Part shown: piece by piece, positions 12,115-24,893 of the stretch
Position numbering within the stretch: position 1 is the stretch's first letter
Layout of the letters: each line of letters opens with the position of its first letter
Origin: Phallusia mammillata
Taxonomy: Eukaryota
DNA: 64,000 nt
Direction of reading: 5' to 3'
NCBI GenBank assembly: GCA_965637545.1
Contig: OZ281495.1
Span: forward strand, 28,334,001-28,398,000
Translations under genes and position numbers: made by a program
Notes under the pieces: generated by a model
Told to the model about the DNA's origin: nothing
Database searches by the model: none
The model's input: the letters and a program-made list of their open reading frames with translations, nothing else

Positions 12115-13980
12115 TTAGTTTTATGTACCGCTGCGAAAGTGTATCCAAAAAGTCTCTTGCCTTTTTTCAGTTTCTGGTACAGCTGCAACAACCAAGTGTT
12201 ATGATTTGAGGGTTTTAGTGCGTAGTGATACTTTATCGAAAACCCATAGACTTATTGTTACCAAAAAATGTCCCCAATTTTAAAACATTCAATCTTACCT
12301 ACAAAGTACAGACAATTGTGTATGCTCTTTAACCTACGCTAAACGCTTTCAGCATCAACCAGGAATATGTCTGCAACGGTCTGGACCGGAAAAAGCGGCA
12401 CGTGCTCAAGTTATTCTCAACAACTGGTGCAACGGGTAAGTTTCTTTCTCCTTTAACAGGATTATAAAAAATACCACCATCAACTTTAAAAACAATGTAA
12501 ATATCTGACCCACAAACAACATAAAAATCGGGCGCGTTCAGGGTTCGGATCCCATAAAAAAAATCTGATGTTTGGGAACGTAATTTCGCGAAAAAATCCC
12601 GTGAATTTCCCAAGATGTATTTTCATGAAAGAACCCTTTGTCGAAGTGTAAACTGTCATGTACGTTTGAGGCACTTCATGCATCTATGATTGATGTTGTT
12701 CCCTAATCATATCATGTGCGTGCAAAAATATCTTACATTTATTGACTTCGCACCACGATAAAGGAAGGAAGCTTCACATAGGCTATCCGTTTCTGACGCA
12801 CCGACCGTGACTAACATGACTGATGTGAAACCCTCAGACTAGATAGTTCACTCTTATTAAAGAGATGTTTCTGTTTTCAATTTAACGAACAGAGATTTTT
12901 TTATTGGTAAAACTGTTGAAACACGTTTTTTTTTCGGTTTATGCAGTTTGGCATAGGGTATAAATTTCAGAAGTCGAAGAAGTAGTAACAGGGGTTTGTG
13001 GTAGATTAGACCTACTAATAAATGCTTGTATCGGCGATTGAAAGTGTATTTCAATTTCTGTTTGCCCGGATGCGAAGAAAATCTTTCTATCACCCGAACC
13101 CCAAACTTCAAATTCTGTAATGCAACGGAGTGGTGGTAACGTGTTTGACGCCCACACCCATGCACGACTAATGCTTTACTGTTGCCAATCTTCTCGCAAT
13201 GTATTACTTTTGTAATGAATGTTTTTAGAAATTTGTTTACACCAACCAATATTTTCATAAAGCTGTCTCATTGACCATAACGACATGCTTTCAAAGCGAA
13301 CGACAGGCATAGTTCATCACGTTTTTAATTTTCACATAGAACAGGCCAGATTTCCGTAATGTTGTTTCGGGAAGAAATGACAGCTTCCTTAACTCAACGT
13401 CATATGTTGTTGGTCAAATTAAACGACAAACCTAAACATTTCTTATCGCGCTTGCCTAAAACTGAATTAATACACCGAATCGTCTCAAGCAGGTTCGAGT
13501 CTAAACAGTTATTGTACATAAATTCGGACGAACTAACCAAATCAATCGTCAGAAGGGTTTAAGCGCCATCCTTTGTTTGTGTTTATTTTTAGTGTCAGAA
13601 CCTTTATGTACATATACCAGTTCCAACTGGTCCAGGACACAGCAGTTCTTTTCGTATACTTCGACTTCAGGAAGGTTTTTAAGTCCAAAAGTCACTTTTG
13701 AAAGCGAACCACGAAGGCCTGAAAACACGTCAATGACAAAGCTTTTACGACGTTAGCAACGTTTAAAATGTCATGCGATGATGCAATTCCGGCTTTGAAC
13801 AGGAAATACAAAGCTTAAAAAGTTTCGTATCCGTTTTCGGTTTAGAAGCTGCATGGTGTAGCAGTTGCGACCTAGTTCAGAACACAGCAGTTCTTTGCTT
13901 ATACTTCGACTTCAGGAAGGTTTTTTAAGTGTAATCATGGCGAAAAATGTACCAACTAATGCATATATTTGCAGGTTGCA

Positions 13981-16241
13981 ATGAACACGTCGGTAGGCCT
14001 ATTTAACATGACGGAGGCAGCTCCTTCGTGTCAGGTTGCTACTGGCAACCCGTGGTGCGACCAATCACAAGCTTCAAAAGTCATCGAAATTTTCTACTTG
14101 ACGTTAGTTGCAATCGTTGGAACTCTCGGTAACCTTTTGGTTATTTTTTCGATCGTTCTTCTTGGCAAAGTCCATCAGAATGGGAATATATTTCTTGTGA
14201 ACCTTGCTATAGCGGATTTGCTGGTGAGAACTTTGAGTTAAACTAGAAAGTGAGGACTCAAAAGGTGATTATGGTAATTTCAAAACTGTCAACTTGTAAG
14301 GACGTATGTGTAAAAACAAGAAGTTAAACAAGTTGTTTTTCAAGGGTTGGTTGTAATATAGCCTCTGTCTTTAAAATTTATCAGTAAAAGCACTGTCGTT
14401 TTACTTTGGTGGTCTTAGTTGTAGTAACCACTGAAAGAGTTGTGGGATTCGTTTTACAACGAAGTTGTGTTGGTAACGTTTTTGAAGTATATGTCAATAA
14501 AAAAGAACTTTGCTTATAGTAATGATCGACCCTTTGCAGATGGTTGGAATATTTGTGCCGATGAATATTCCCAACGTTTACAACGGCTACAATGCTCTCT
14601 CTCCTGGGCTTTGTAACTTCAGCGGATATATTGCAAGTTTTTCAGGAGCCTGTTCACTTCAAAACATCGCAGCGGTTTCGGCCAACAGGTGAAATGTCGG
14701 TATATTTGTAGTGGGCGCCTTAAATTAAAACCATGGTCGCAAACATCACTCATATCTTGAGAAAGCGATGTAAATTATTTTTATCCAAAAATTTCATAGT
14801 ATGATAATGTGGTTGTTTAAAGTGTGTACGTCCTGTTCATTCTGACAGGTATTGGGCAATCTCTCGCCATGCATCTTACAGCAAGGTTTTCTCCAAACGC
14901 CGTATGTACATCATGGTTTTGTTCACGTGGTTCTGGGCATTATTGCTTACACTGCCACCACTTGCCAATGTTGGAAACCTCGATTTTAGGTAAAAGTATT
15001 TATCAGAAAACAAATAAACTTAAAAGCAAATTTAAAATGTTAACGTAAATATTATTTTTGCATTGAACAACTTGTTTACATTGACCATCAGAAAAAGTAT
15101 GTACAAAACCATGTAATAACATTGAGAAAAACAACACAAATTGCAAGTAGTATAAGTTTATAACATTACGTTGTCATAAAGCATAAGCGTGACGTTCGTA
15201 AACGTCCATATAAAACATTTTACACTGACTTAAAAGTTGCACCACTAAATACAAAATTGCTAAAGAGCTAATATTTACATGGCCCAGCTGCAAACATTTT
15301 TGAAGTCGATGTTTTTTCTGCACTAACAATCGATAGCAATCGTAAAACCCTGTCACTGTTGTTTTGTGTGTTAAAGGTACAACAAAATGACAATGGCATG
15401 CATTTGGTCCGTGTTCAGTTCGTTGGCTTACGACATATGTTGGATAGTATTTGGATTTCTCTTGCCGTTAACTCTGATCTGCATATTTTACTGGAAACTA
15501 TACAAGTAAGGTTATGTTTCAATTGGTAATACCTTCTCTTGTCACGTGTTATTTCATATGTCCTTTGTTTCTTTTGGGGCCGGAGAAAAATTTCGCTGCA
15601 TATCCTTACGGAAAATCGTGTTTTAATCGGTAACAATAAATTGCTTGTTTGACCCCAAATTTTTTTTTCGCAAGTGGTTTAACTTCGACGTGATTGGAAA
15701 AATCAGATCTGTAAACACGAAATTACCTAAAATGCCCAGAACTAAAATCTTTTTCTCTGTAGGACAGTAAGAAAACGACGTTTGTGGCTTAAAACTCACA
15801 TGTCCAACACTTCTAATAGTGCGAAACAATACAAGAAGTCACTGGATACGGAAATCAACCTGCTAAAAACCTTGGCTGTGACTGTCCTTGTGTTCATCCT
15901 ATGTTTGGCGCCGCAAGGAATAACAGTTCTTATTGGGGAACCTGGCATTCCGCCATTGCTTCACAAGGTGAGATAAAACTTGTATATGGACGCGTTGTGT
16001 TTGTGGTTTTATGCAAAATCATCTTCTTTCTTGTGTACAGGTTATCGGTTGGCTGACGGTCACCAACTCAAGCTTGAACTTTATTATTTACGGAGTCATG
16101 AACAGAAACTTAAGGATGGGATACAAACGGCTACTAGGTAGAATGTTTCGGATGAACAATTCGTGCTGGTATGAATGTGTTTGCAAAGCTCAAATTACTG
16201 AAACTTGTAGCCGTGGTAACTTTTTTCAGAATGGCCAGTAA
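13981..16241 (+). CDS. Melatonin-receptor-like orphan class A GPCR, copy 1 (355 aa)
   Basis: Exons 13981-14223, 14540-14688, 14849-14989, 15377-15505, 15763-15967, 16041-16241 (1068 bp, open). Motifs: GN (TM1), NLAIADL (TM2), C3.25, ANRY (TM3), ECL2 Cys, CLAP (TM6), NSSLNFIIY (TM7). Confidence 0.92.
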
Positions 16242-16464
16242 ACGGTCTTCAACGGGTGAACAGTAGTGAAATCAAACAGATACATAATTGACCCGAAATA
16301 TTCCAAAGCGGGTCTCTTTATGGAACACAAACATATAGTTTATATTATCTGTCTTCAAACTGTGATGTTCCTGTTGTTGTTGTTTAGTGAAACCTACTTC
16401 GTAGTGTAATGGAGAAAAGTGTAAATAATATGGGGTACTTTCTTTGCACAGCCTTGCCATAAAC

Positions 16465-16681
16465 CAGTGGTTCTTAACCTTTTTTCCTTGCTGCACCCCT
16501 TTCAAATCACCAACCAATTTTCGCACCCCCTTTCAAATCACTAACCAATTTTCGCTCCCCCTTCTGTAATTGCTTAAATAGAATAGACCTAACCAACCTT
16601 AATGATTCAGCATCCCCGCACCCCCTAGGAACAGTTCTCGCACCCCTTGGGGGTGCGTGCACCCCAGGTTAAGAACCCCTG
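16465..16681. mobile_element. hAT MITE, 217 bp
   Basis: TIR CAGTGGTTCTTAACCT / AGGTTAAGAACCCCTG; perfect TSD CCATAAAC (16457-16464, 16682-16689); empty paralogous site at ~25150; internal ~31-bp tandem duplication at ~16497-16562. Confidence 0.93.
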
Positions 16682-18914
16682 CCATAAACATTAGTGGGTC
16701 GAAAGTTATTAACTATACACTTGATATTTACATCATTACGTACCAGTTTAAATTTCATCTGTATTTCACGAATAAAAACCATCCGATCCGACTTCATTAA
16801 TCGTTTCTTTTACGATTTTTGACGTGTTGCATTTAAAATTATATCTACAACCACATTTGTATGTGTTTTGTCATATACACGCAATATCTGCGTACATTCA
16901 TGGTCAATGTTCTTTGGGTAACAATAATTGTCATGTTGTGGCCAACTCAAGATTTTAAACTGTCAAGCGAGCGCGATTGCAAACGCGGGGGAAGCTTATA
17001 GAGAAAATACCAGCAACACCCACGAAGACTATCTTTGTTTTTGTTGAAAAACATTAGCAAGAAAACAATCCGGTTTACTGCCGGTTTTAAACAGGCACCA
17101 TTTGCTTGCAATAACGAGTTTTTCAAACAAACTTTTTCGAATTAGCCTGATTAGAGTTAAATTTCTGCAATAGTACTGATGTACGATGAAACTGTGGCGA
17201 CCTCACTACCGTGTTTGCTTATGCGCACCAAAGCGTGCTATTTGCTTTTGCTTTTTGATCGCCATGGCTCATTCACAACCGCCGGTTTTGCGTTGCTGTA
17301 CCTATTACACGTTTTTAGCATGGCTCGGACATGGCGCCGCTGCTGAATAAAGGTTTGGCTGCTTCATTTTTATGTATGCCTGGTTTGCATCCTGGTGAGA
17401 AAATTTGAGTGTTTTGTTGTTGCTAAAATCTGCATTGTTTCACTGGTGGAAAACTAAAATGCAGTGTGTGGAACTCGTACAACGCTGCCGTGCCAATTTT
17501 TGTGTAACAATTCCATGCCGTGCTAACGCTTGGGGCCGTAAATTTCTAACAAACTTATTTCAAACTTAACATAGCTCTTCTGCCAATTTTATATTGGTAA
17601 TAAACGTTCTATTGCCTAAAAAGCTATTGGTTTATATTACGCGTAGAAGTGTATGTTAATTCTTTCTAAATTGCTTAAAAATATCGCACGTCGATGGTGC
17701 TAATGATTTTTAGAGATAGTGATTTTATTTAATTGTTAGGTATTACAGTTTATACCAGCAGGGTAAGCCAAACTACAGCCCCTCATTTATACAGACCCAA
17801 ACATTACTTGATTTGCTGCAAACAGTGCACACTGTTTCGACCTATAAGGTCTCATCAGTGCAGCTAGTGACGAGAGATCGGCCGCATTGGCTAGTGTAGC
17901 CATGGCAAACCATTGTATGCCCCTTGTTACCTGTAACGGAATAAAGAAGCAATCTAACCTCAAATAAGATGGCTGAAAAACCACAAGCACTTGGTGGCCC
18001 TATGGAAATCACTTTTCGGGACTCGGTTGAAGAACCGCTGCGTCGGATTTTGTAAGCTATGGTGCCCTTGCCCACCATTCCTGCCTATTGCAAAAATGTT
18101 AAGTGACCTTTTTGGTTTATATATACTACTGGTATACTGTACTAAGATGCAGTTTAGAATTGGAGGTTGTTTATCGTAACATTAGCGCACTCAGTTTTAG
18201 GCTTACAAATGTTTGTCAGGTACCTCGGCTGCCCGCTTAAAAAACGTTGCCTGCCACATTTGGCACACGTGTCACGTGTTGGAGAACCCTGCTGTAAAAC
18301 AAGTTATGATTGCTTATAAATGTGTTGCCAGTTGAAAATCGTAGCAACTATGATGAGTAAGCCACACAATACAGGCTAATCCACATAAATTAAGTTTTGC
18401 TGGAGTGCTAAGTTGTCAAACGTATGACAACAACTAACACGCAACATTTTGCTACGGGAAAGACAAACGTATGTTGGAGTAAGTCACAATAACAGATATG
18501 TTGATGCACTCGAATTTCTATCTCCCACAGGTTCACCAAGACATTAAATACGCTAAGTGTCATTGATTTGTTCAAAAATTCAGTTGATGGTGTTTGATGA
18601 GCTATATGTCGTGTAACATTTGAAAGCGGACCACGAAGGATTAAAAAAGTCAATGACGAAGCTTTTAGGATGTTAGCAACGTAAAAAATGTCATGCGCTG
18701 ATGCAGTTCCGTCCTTCAACAGGAAATGCAAAGCTTAAACGATTTCGTATCCATTCAACCATCCTCCTTTATTTTTGTTAGTGTCAGAAGCTTTAAGCTG
18801 GTGAGACAGTTCAACCTACTTCAGAACACAGCAGTACGTTGCGTACACTTCGCCTTCGGGAGGGTCTATAGGTTTTTGATTTATGGAAAAATTACCAACT
18901 AAAATATATTTGCA

Positions 18915-20749
18915 ATGAACGATTCGGTTAGCCTATTTAACATTACGGAGGCAACTCCATTGTGTCAGGTTGTTACTGGCAACCCGTGGTGCGACAAGCT
19001 TCAAAGGTCGTTGAAATTATCTACTTGGCGTTAGCTGCAATCGTTGAAACTCTCGGCAACCTTTTGGTGATTTTTTCGATCATTCCTTTCGGCAAAGTCC
19101 ATCAGAATGGAAATATATTTCTTGTGAACCTTGCTATAGCGGATTTGCTGGTGAGAACTTTAAGTTAAACTAGAAAGTGAGGACTCAAAAGGTGATTATG
19201 GCAATTTAAAACTGTCAACTTGTAAGGACGTGTGTGTAAAAACAAGAAGTTAAACAAGCTGTGCTTTTTCAAAGGTTGCTTGTGATGTAGCCTCTATTTT
19301 TAACATTTATCAGTAAAGGCACTGCCGTTTTACTTTGGTGGTCTTAGTTGTAGTAACCACTGAAAGAGTTGTGGGATTCGTGTCACAAGGAAGTTGCATT
19401 GGTAACGTTTTTGAAGTATATACCAATAAAGAATAATTCTGGCCTTGTCGGTTATCGATTAATGTGTCTGTCATGCTTTTGTTCAACCCTTTGCAGATGG
19501 TTGGAATTTCTGTGCCGATGAATATTCCCAACGTTTACAACGGCTACAATGCTCTGTCTCCTGGTCTTTGTAACTTCAGCGGATTTATTGCAAGTTTTTC
19601 AGGAGCCTGTTCACTTCAAAACCTCGCAGCGGTTTCGGCCAACAGGTGAAATGTCAGTATATTTGTACTGCGGGCCTTAGATTGAAACCATAGCCGCTAT
19701 CATTATCTTAAATCTCGTATATCTTAAAGTCAATGTGAATCATTTAACCCAAGTTTTGCAGGGTAAAGTGGTTGTTTAAACTTTAAAGTGTATACATCCT
19801 GTTCATTCTGACAGGTATTGGGCAATCTCTCGCCATGCATCTTACAGCACGGCTTTCTCCAAACGCCGAATGTACATCATGGTTTTGTTCACGTGGCTCT
19901 GGGCATTATTGCTTACCTTACCAGCACTTGCCAATGTTGGAAACCTCGATTTTAGGTAAAAGCATTTATCAGAAAACAAACAGAAGCAACACCAAAATGT
20001 TAACGTAAATAAAATTTGTGTATTGATCGACTTGTTTACATTGTCTGTAGCAGGGGTTCCCAACCTGTGGAAGGTTTTTCAGGTGGTACGCGAGTAGCTT
20101 CCGTTTTTGTCGCAAAAACTAGGTGTGCCCTGAAATGACTTTCGGTCCAGCTGCAAACATTTTTACATGTGATGATTTTTGTGCACTGACGATCGACAGC
20201 AATCGTGAAACTCTGTCATTGTTGTTTTGTGTTTCAAAGGTACAACAAGAGCACAATGGGATGCGTTTGGTCCATGTTCAGTTCGTTGGCATAAGACATA
20301 TGCCTGACAATATTTGGATTACTTTTGCCGTTAACCTTGATCTGCATATTCTATTGGAAACTATACAAGTACGATTATGTTTCAACTGGTACTACCTTCT
20401 GTTGTCACGTGTTATTTCATTTGTCTTTTGTTTCTTTCGGGGCCGGAGAAAAATTTCGCTGCTGCCAATTAACCATATATCCTTACGGAAAATCCTGTTT
20501 TAATCGGTAACAATAAATTGCTTGTTTGAACAAAAATACGATTTTGCGAGTGGTTCAACGTGATATGAAAAATCAGACCTGTAAACACGAAATTAACTGA
20601 AATCCCCAGAACTTAAACCTTTTTCTGTGTAGGACAGTAAGGAAACGACGTTTGTGGCTTAAAACTCATATGTCCAACACCCCTAATAGTGTGAAACAAT
20701 ACAAGAAGTCACTAGATACGGAAATCAACCTGCTAAAAACTTTGGCTGT
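18915..20749 (+). pseudogene. GPCR copy 2, pseudogene
   Basis: Exons 18915-19150, 19497-19645, 19815-19955, 20240-20368 and 20633-20749 (truncated). Lesions: a 7-bp deletion at 18995/18996 (frameshift), TAC>TAA at 20292-20294, and a ~1-kb deletion removing TM6-TM7 and the last exon. Confidence 0.92.
20051..20125. mobile_element. Truncated hAT MITE left end in an intron of GPCR copy 2
   Basis: CAGGGGTTCCCAACCT start, absent from the paralogous intron of copy 3; no right TIR seen. Confidence 0.4.
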
Positions 20750-22766
20750 ACATACATTCATGGTCAATCTACTTTGGGTAACAATAATTGTTATATTGTG
20801 GCCAACCCGAGATTTTATTCCGTCAAGAGAGCGCGATTGCAAAAGCGGGGGAAGATTATAGAGGAAACACCAACAACAGCCAGGAAGACTATCTTCGTTT
20901 TTGCTGCACAATTGTTGAAAAACATTAGCAAGCTAAAAACGGTTTTGAACAGGTACCATTTGCATGCAAAAACGAATTCTTCAACAGACTGTCTCTAATT
21001 AGCCTAATAACAGTCCAATTTTAGCAAAAGTACTGATGTAAGATGAATGCATTTTTGTATAAGCGCGGTTTGCATACTGGTGATAAGATTTGAGTGTTTT
21101 GTTGATGCTAAAACATATATTGTTTCACTGGTGGAAAACTCTAAAGCAGGGGTGTCCAACTCGTAGACGCTACCGTTCCAACTTTTGCGTAATAAATCGA
21201 TGCCGTGCCAACGCTTGGTTTTGTAAATTTCTAACAAACTTATTTTAAACTCAACATCCCCTTCTGGCAATTTTAAGCTGATATTGGCAAAACAGGTTCT
21301 ATTACCTAACAAGGTATTGGTTTATATTATGCGTAGAAGTGCACATAATTCTTTCTAACTAAACTGCTTAAAAAGATATTGCACGCCGATGGTGCTAATG
21401 AATTTTCGAGTTAGCGACTTTCGGTAATTGTTAAGTATTACTGCTTATACCTGCAGGGTACACCAAACTACAACCTCAAACATTACTTGAGTTGGTTTAA
21501 TAAAACGCATGGAACAACATTACATTTTTGACGGGCATATAAGCCAATAATGCTTGTGAAGATCTATTGATTTCTACATGCTTAGACTTGCTACGAATGA
21601 GTGGTCCTTGGAACATTTTAGAGAAATTGCCATCCCAGCTAAATGCATGAGTTAGTTATTGAAAATTGATTTACTCCTACAACATGTAGGATTACTTATA
21701 CCTAGCTAACAGAATTACAACCATATGTTACAACACGAAGAAGATTAACAAATAACAGTTGTGCGCAAACCATTGTATGCCCTTTGTTACCTGTAACGGA
21801 ATAAAGAAGAAATCTAACTTCAAATAAGATGGCTAAAAACACAAGCATTTGGCGGCCCTATTGAAATCACTTTGCGGAAATCGGTTAAAAAACCACTGCG
21901 TCGGACTTTGTAAACTATGGGACCCTCGCCCACCATTTCGGCCAAATGTGAAAAAAATTATACCACCTTTGGTTTATATTACAGGTTCACACACCAAGAT
22001 GCAGTTTAGAATTGGAGGGTGTGTCGTAACAGTGGCAGTTTTCAGACCTGACATTGACTGCACGACAAACTACAGCTTTATGATTGCAATTTTTTTTCAC
22101 GGGGTTCGAACCCACAGGACCTCGCCTGCCAGTTCAAAACACGCTACCACGTGTTGGACACCCACGCTATAAAGTTACGATAGCTTATAGATATGTTGCC
22201 AATTGAAAACCGTAGCAACTATCATGAGTAGGCCACACCATACAGGCTAATCCACATAAATTAAGTTTTGCTGGAGTGCGAAGTTGACAAACATAAGGCA
22301 ACCACTGACACGCAACATTTTGCTACGGGAATAAGAAACGTGTGTTGGACGTAGTCACAATACCAGACATGTTAATGTACTTGAATGTCCCACAGGTTCA
22401 TCAAGACATTAAATACGCTAAGTGTCATTGATTTGTTTAAAACTTTCAGTTGATGGTGTTTGATGAGCTATATGTCGTGTAACATTTAAAAGCTGACCAC
22501 GAAGGATTAAAAAAGTCAATGACGAAGCTTTTAGGATGTTAGCAACGTTTAAAATGTCATGCGCTGATGTAGTTCCGTCCTTCAACAGGAAATGCAGAGG
22601 GGTTTCGTATCCATTCAACCCTCCTCCTTTGTTTATTTTTAGTGTCAGAACCTTTAAGCGGTTGTGGCAGTTCAACCTTTGAGTATACTTCGCATTCAGG
22701 AGGGTCTATAGGTTTTGGAATTATGGAAAAAAATTAACAACTAAAAATATATATTTGCAAGTTGCA

Positions 22767-24893
22767 ATGAACGATTCAGTTAGGCTATTTAACACGACGG
22801 AGGCAACTCCTTTGTGTCAGGTTGTTACTGACAACCCGTGGTGCGACCAATCACAAGCCTCAAAGGTCATTGAAATGATCTACTTGACGTTAGTTGCAAT
22901 CGTTGGAACTCTCGGTAACCTTTTGGTGATTTTTTCGATCGTTATTTTCGGCAAAGTCCATCAGAATGGGAATATATTTCTTGTGAACCTTGCTATAGCG
23001 GATTTGCTGGTGAGAACTTTGAGTTAAACTTGAAAGTGAGGACTCAAAAGGAGATTATGGTAATTTAAAAAACTGTTAACTTGTAAGGACGTATGTGTGG
23101 AAACAAGAAGTTAAACAAGTTGTGTTTTTTCAAGGGTTGCTCGTAATGTAGCCTCTATTTTTAACATTTACCAGTAAAGGCACCGCCGTTTTACTTTGGT
23201 GGTCTTAGTTGTAGTAACCACTGAAAGAGTTGTGGGATTCGTGTCACAAGGAAGACTGCATTGGTAACGTTTTTGATGTATATACCAATAAACAAGAATT
23301 CTGACCTTGTCGACTTTGCTTAGTAATGTTCGACCCTTTGCAGATGGTTGGAATATTTGTACCGATGATTATTCCCAACGTTTACAACGGTTACAACTCT
23401 CTGTCTTCTGGTCTTTGTAACTTCAGCGGATTTATTGCAAGTTTTTCAGGAGCCTGTTCACTTCAAAACCTCGCAGCGGTTTCGGCCAACAGGTGAAATG
23501 TCGGTATATTTGTATTGTGGGCCTTAAGTTAAAACAGTAGTAGCAAACATTACTCATATCTTGAGAAAGCAATGTAAATCATTTTCAACCCAAAATTCCT
23601 AAGTAGGATAATGTGGTTGTTAAATGTGTATACGTCCTATTCATTCTGACAGGTATTGGGCAATCTCTCGGCATGCATCTTACAGCAAGGTTTTCTCCAA
23701 ACACCGGATGTACGTCATGGTTCTGTTTACGTGGTTCTGGGCATTGTTGCTTACACTGCCACCGCTTGCCAATGTTGGAAACCTCGGTTTTAGGTAAAAG
23801 TATTGATCAGAAAACAAACAGAAGCAACTCCAAAATGTTAACGTAAATAACATTTTTGTATTGATCGACTTGTTCATATTGTCTATAGGATAGTGTGTAC
23901 AAAACCCTAGAATAATAAAAAGAAAAGCACCACAAAGCAAACAGTAGAATTGTATAACTTTGCGAGTGCGAAGCATAAGTGTGAAGATGATATTTATATG
24001 GTCCAGCTGTAAACATTTTTACAGTTCATGATTTTTATGCACTGACGGTCGACAGCAATCGTGAAACTCTGTCCTTGCTGTTTTGTGTGTTAAAGGTACA
24101 ACAAAAAGACAATGGCATGCATTTGGTCCATATTCAGTTCGCTGGCTTACGACATCTGTTTGATCATATTCGGATTTGTCTTGCCGTTAACTCTGATCTG
24201 CATTTTCTACTGGAAACTATACAAGTACGGTCATGTTTCGACTGGTTATTTCAAGTGTCCTTTGTTGCTTGCGGAGGGAAAATTTCGTGTAAAGTAACCT
24301 AGAATTGTTGAGGAAAATCCTGTTTTAATCGGTAGCAATACTGTAACTTGCTTGTTTGAACAAAAACACGATTTTGCAAGTGGTTTAACTTCAGCATGAT
24401 TGGGAAAATCAGACCTTAAAACACGAAATTAACTGAATTTCCCAGAACCCTTTTTTGCGTAGGACAGTAAGGAAACGACGTTTGTGGCTTAAAACCCACA
24501 TGTCCAACACTCCTAACAGTGTGAAACAATACAAGAGGTCACTAGATACGGAAATCAACCTGCTAAAAACCTTGGCTGTGACTGTCTTTGTGTTTATCCT
24601 ATGTTGGGCGCCGCATGCAATAACAGTTCTTATCGGGGAACCAGGCATTCCACCATTGCTTCACAAGGTTGGATAAAACTTGCATATGAACGGATTGTGT
24701 TTGTGGTTTTATACAAAACGATCTTCTTTCTTGTGTACAGGCCTTTGGTTGGCTGACGTTTACCAACTCAAGCCTAAACTTTATTATTTACGGAGTCATG
24801 AACAAAAACTTATGGATGGGGTACAAACAGCTACTAGGTAGAATGTTTCGGATAAACAATTTGTGCGGGTATGAATGTGTTTACATTGCTTGA
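22767..24893 (+). CDS. Melatonin-receptor-like orphan GPCR, copy 3 (339 aa)
   Basis: Exons 22767-23009, 23344-23492, 23653-23793, 24096-24224, 24463-24667, 24741-24893. Open frame with ANRY, CWAP and NFIIY; shorter C-tail. Confidence 0.9.

Larger units (their letters stand above)
7330..12415. repeat. Nested inverted/direct repeat complex (large imperfect palindrome centred near 9340-9648)
   Basis: 9092-9339 is the near-perfect reverse complement of 9649-9865 plus 10355-10393. 8890-9030 pairs with 10402-10520, 8030-8540 with ~10520-10990, and 7515-7815 with ~11430-11630. 8021-8826 recurs directly at ~11641-12415. Outer boundaries are approximate. Confidence 0.88.

Noticed and set aside
12425-12553. 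Pol III A-box-like TGGTGCAACGG and B-box-like GGTTCGGATCC
   Set aside because: The boxes are ~105 bp apart with no cloverleaf stems, so a tRNA or SINE cannot be supported.
12857-13258. 133-aa minus-strand ORF
   Set aside because: No recognisable motif, AT-rich intergenic composition and no splice context; probably chance.
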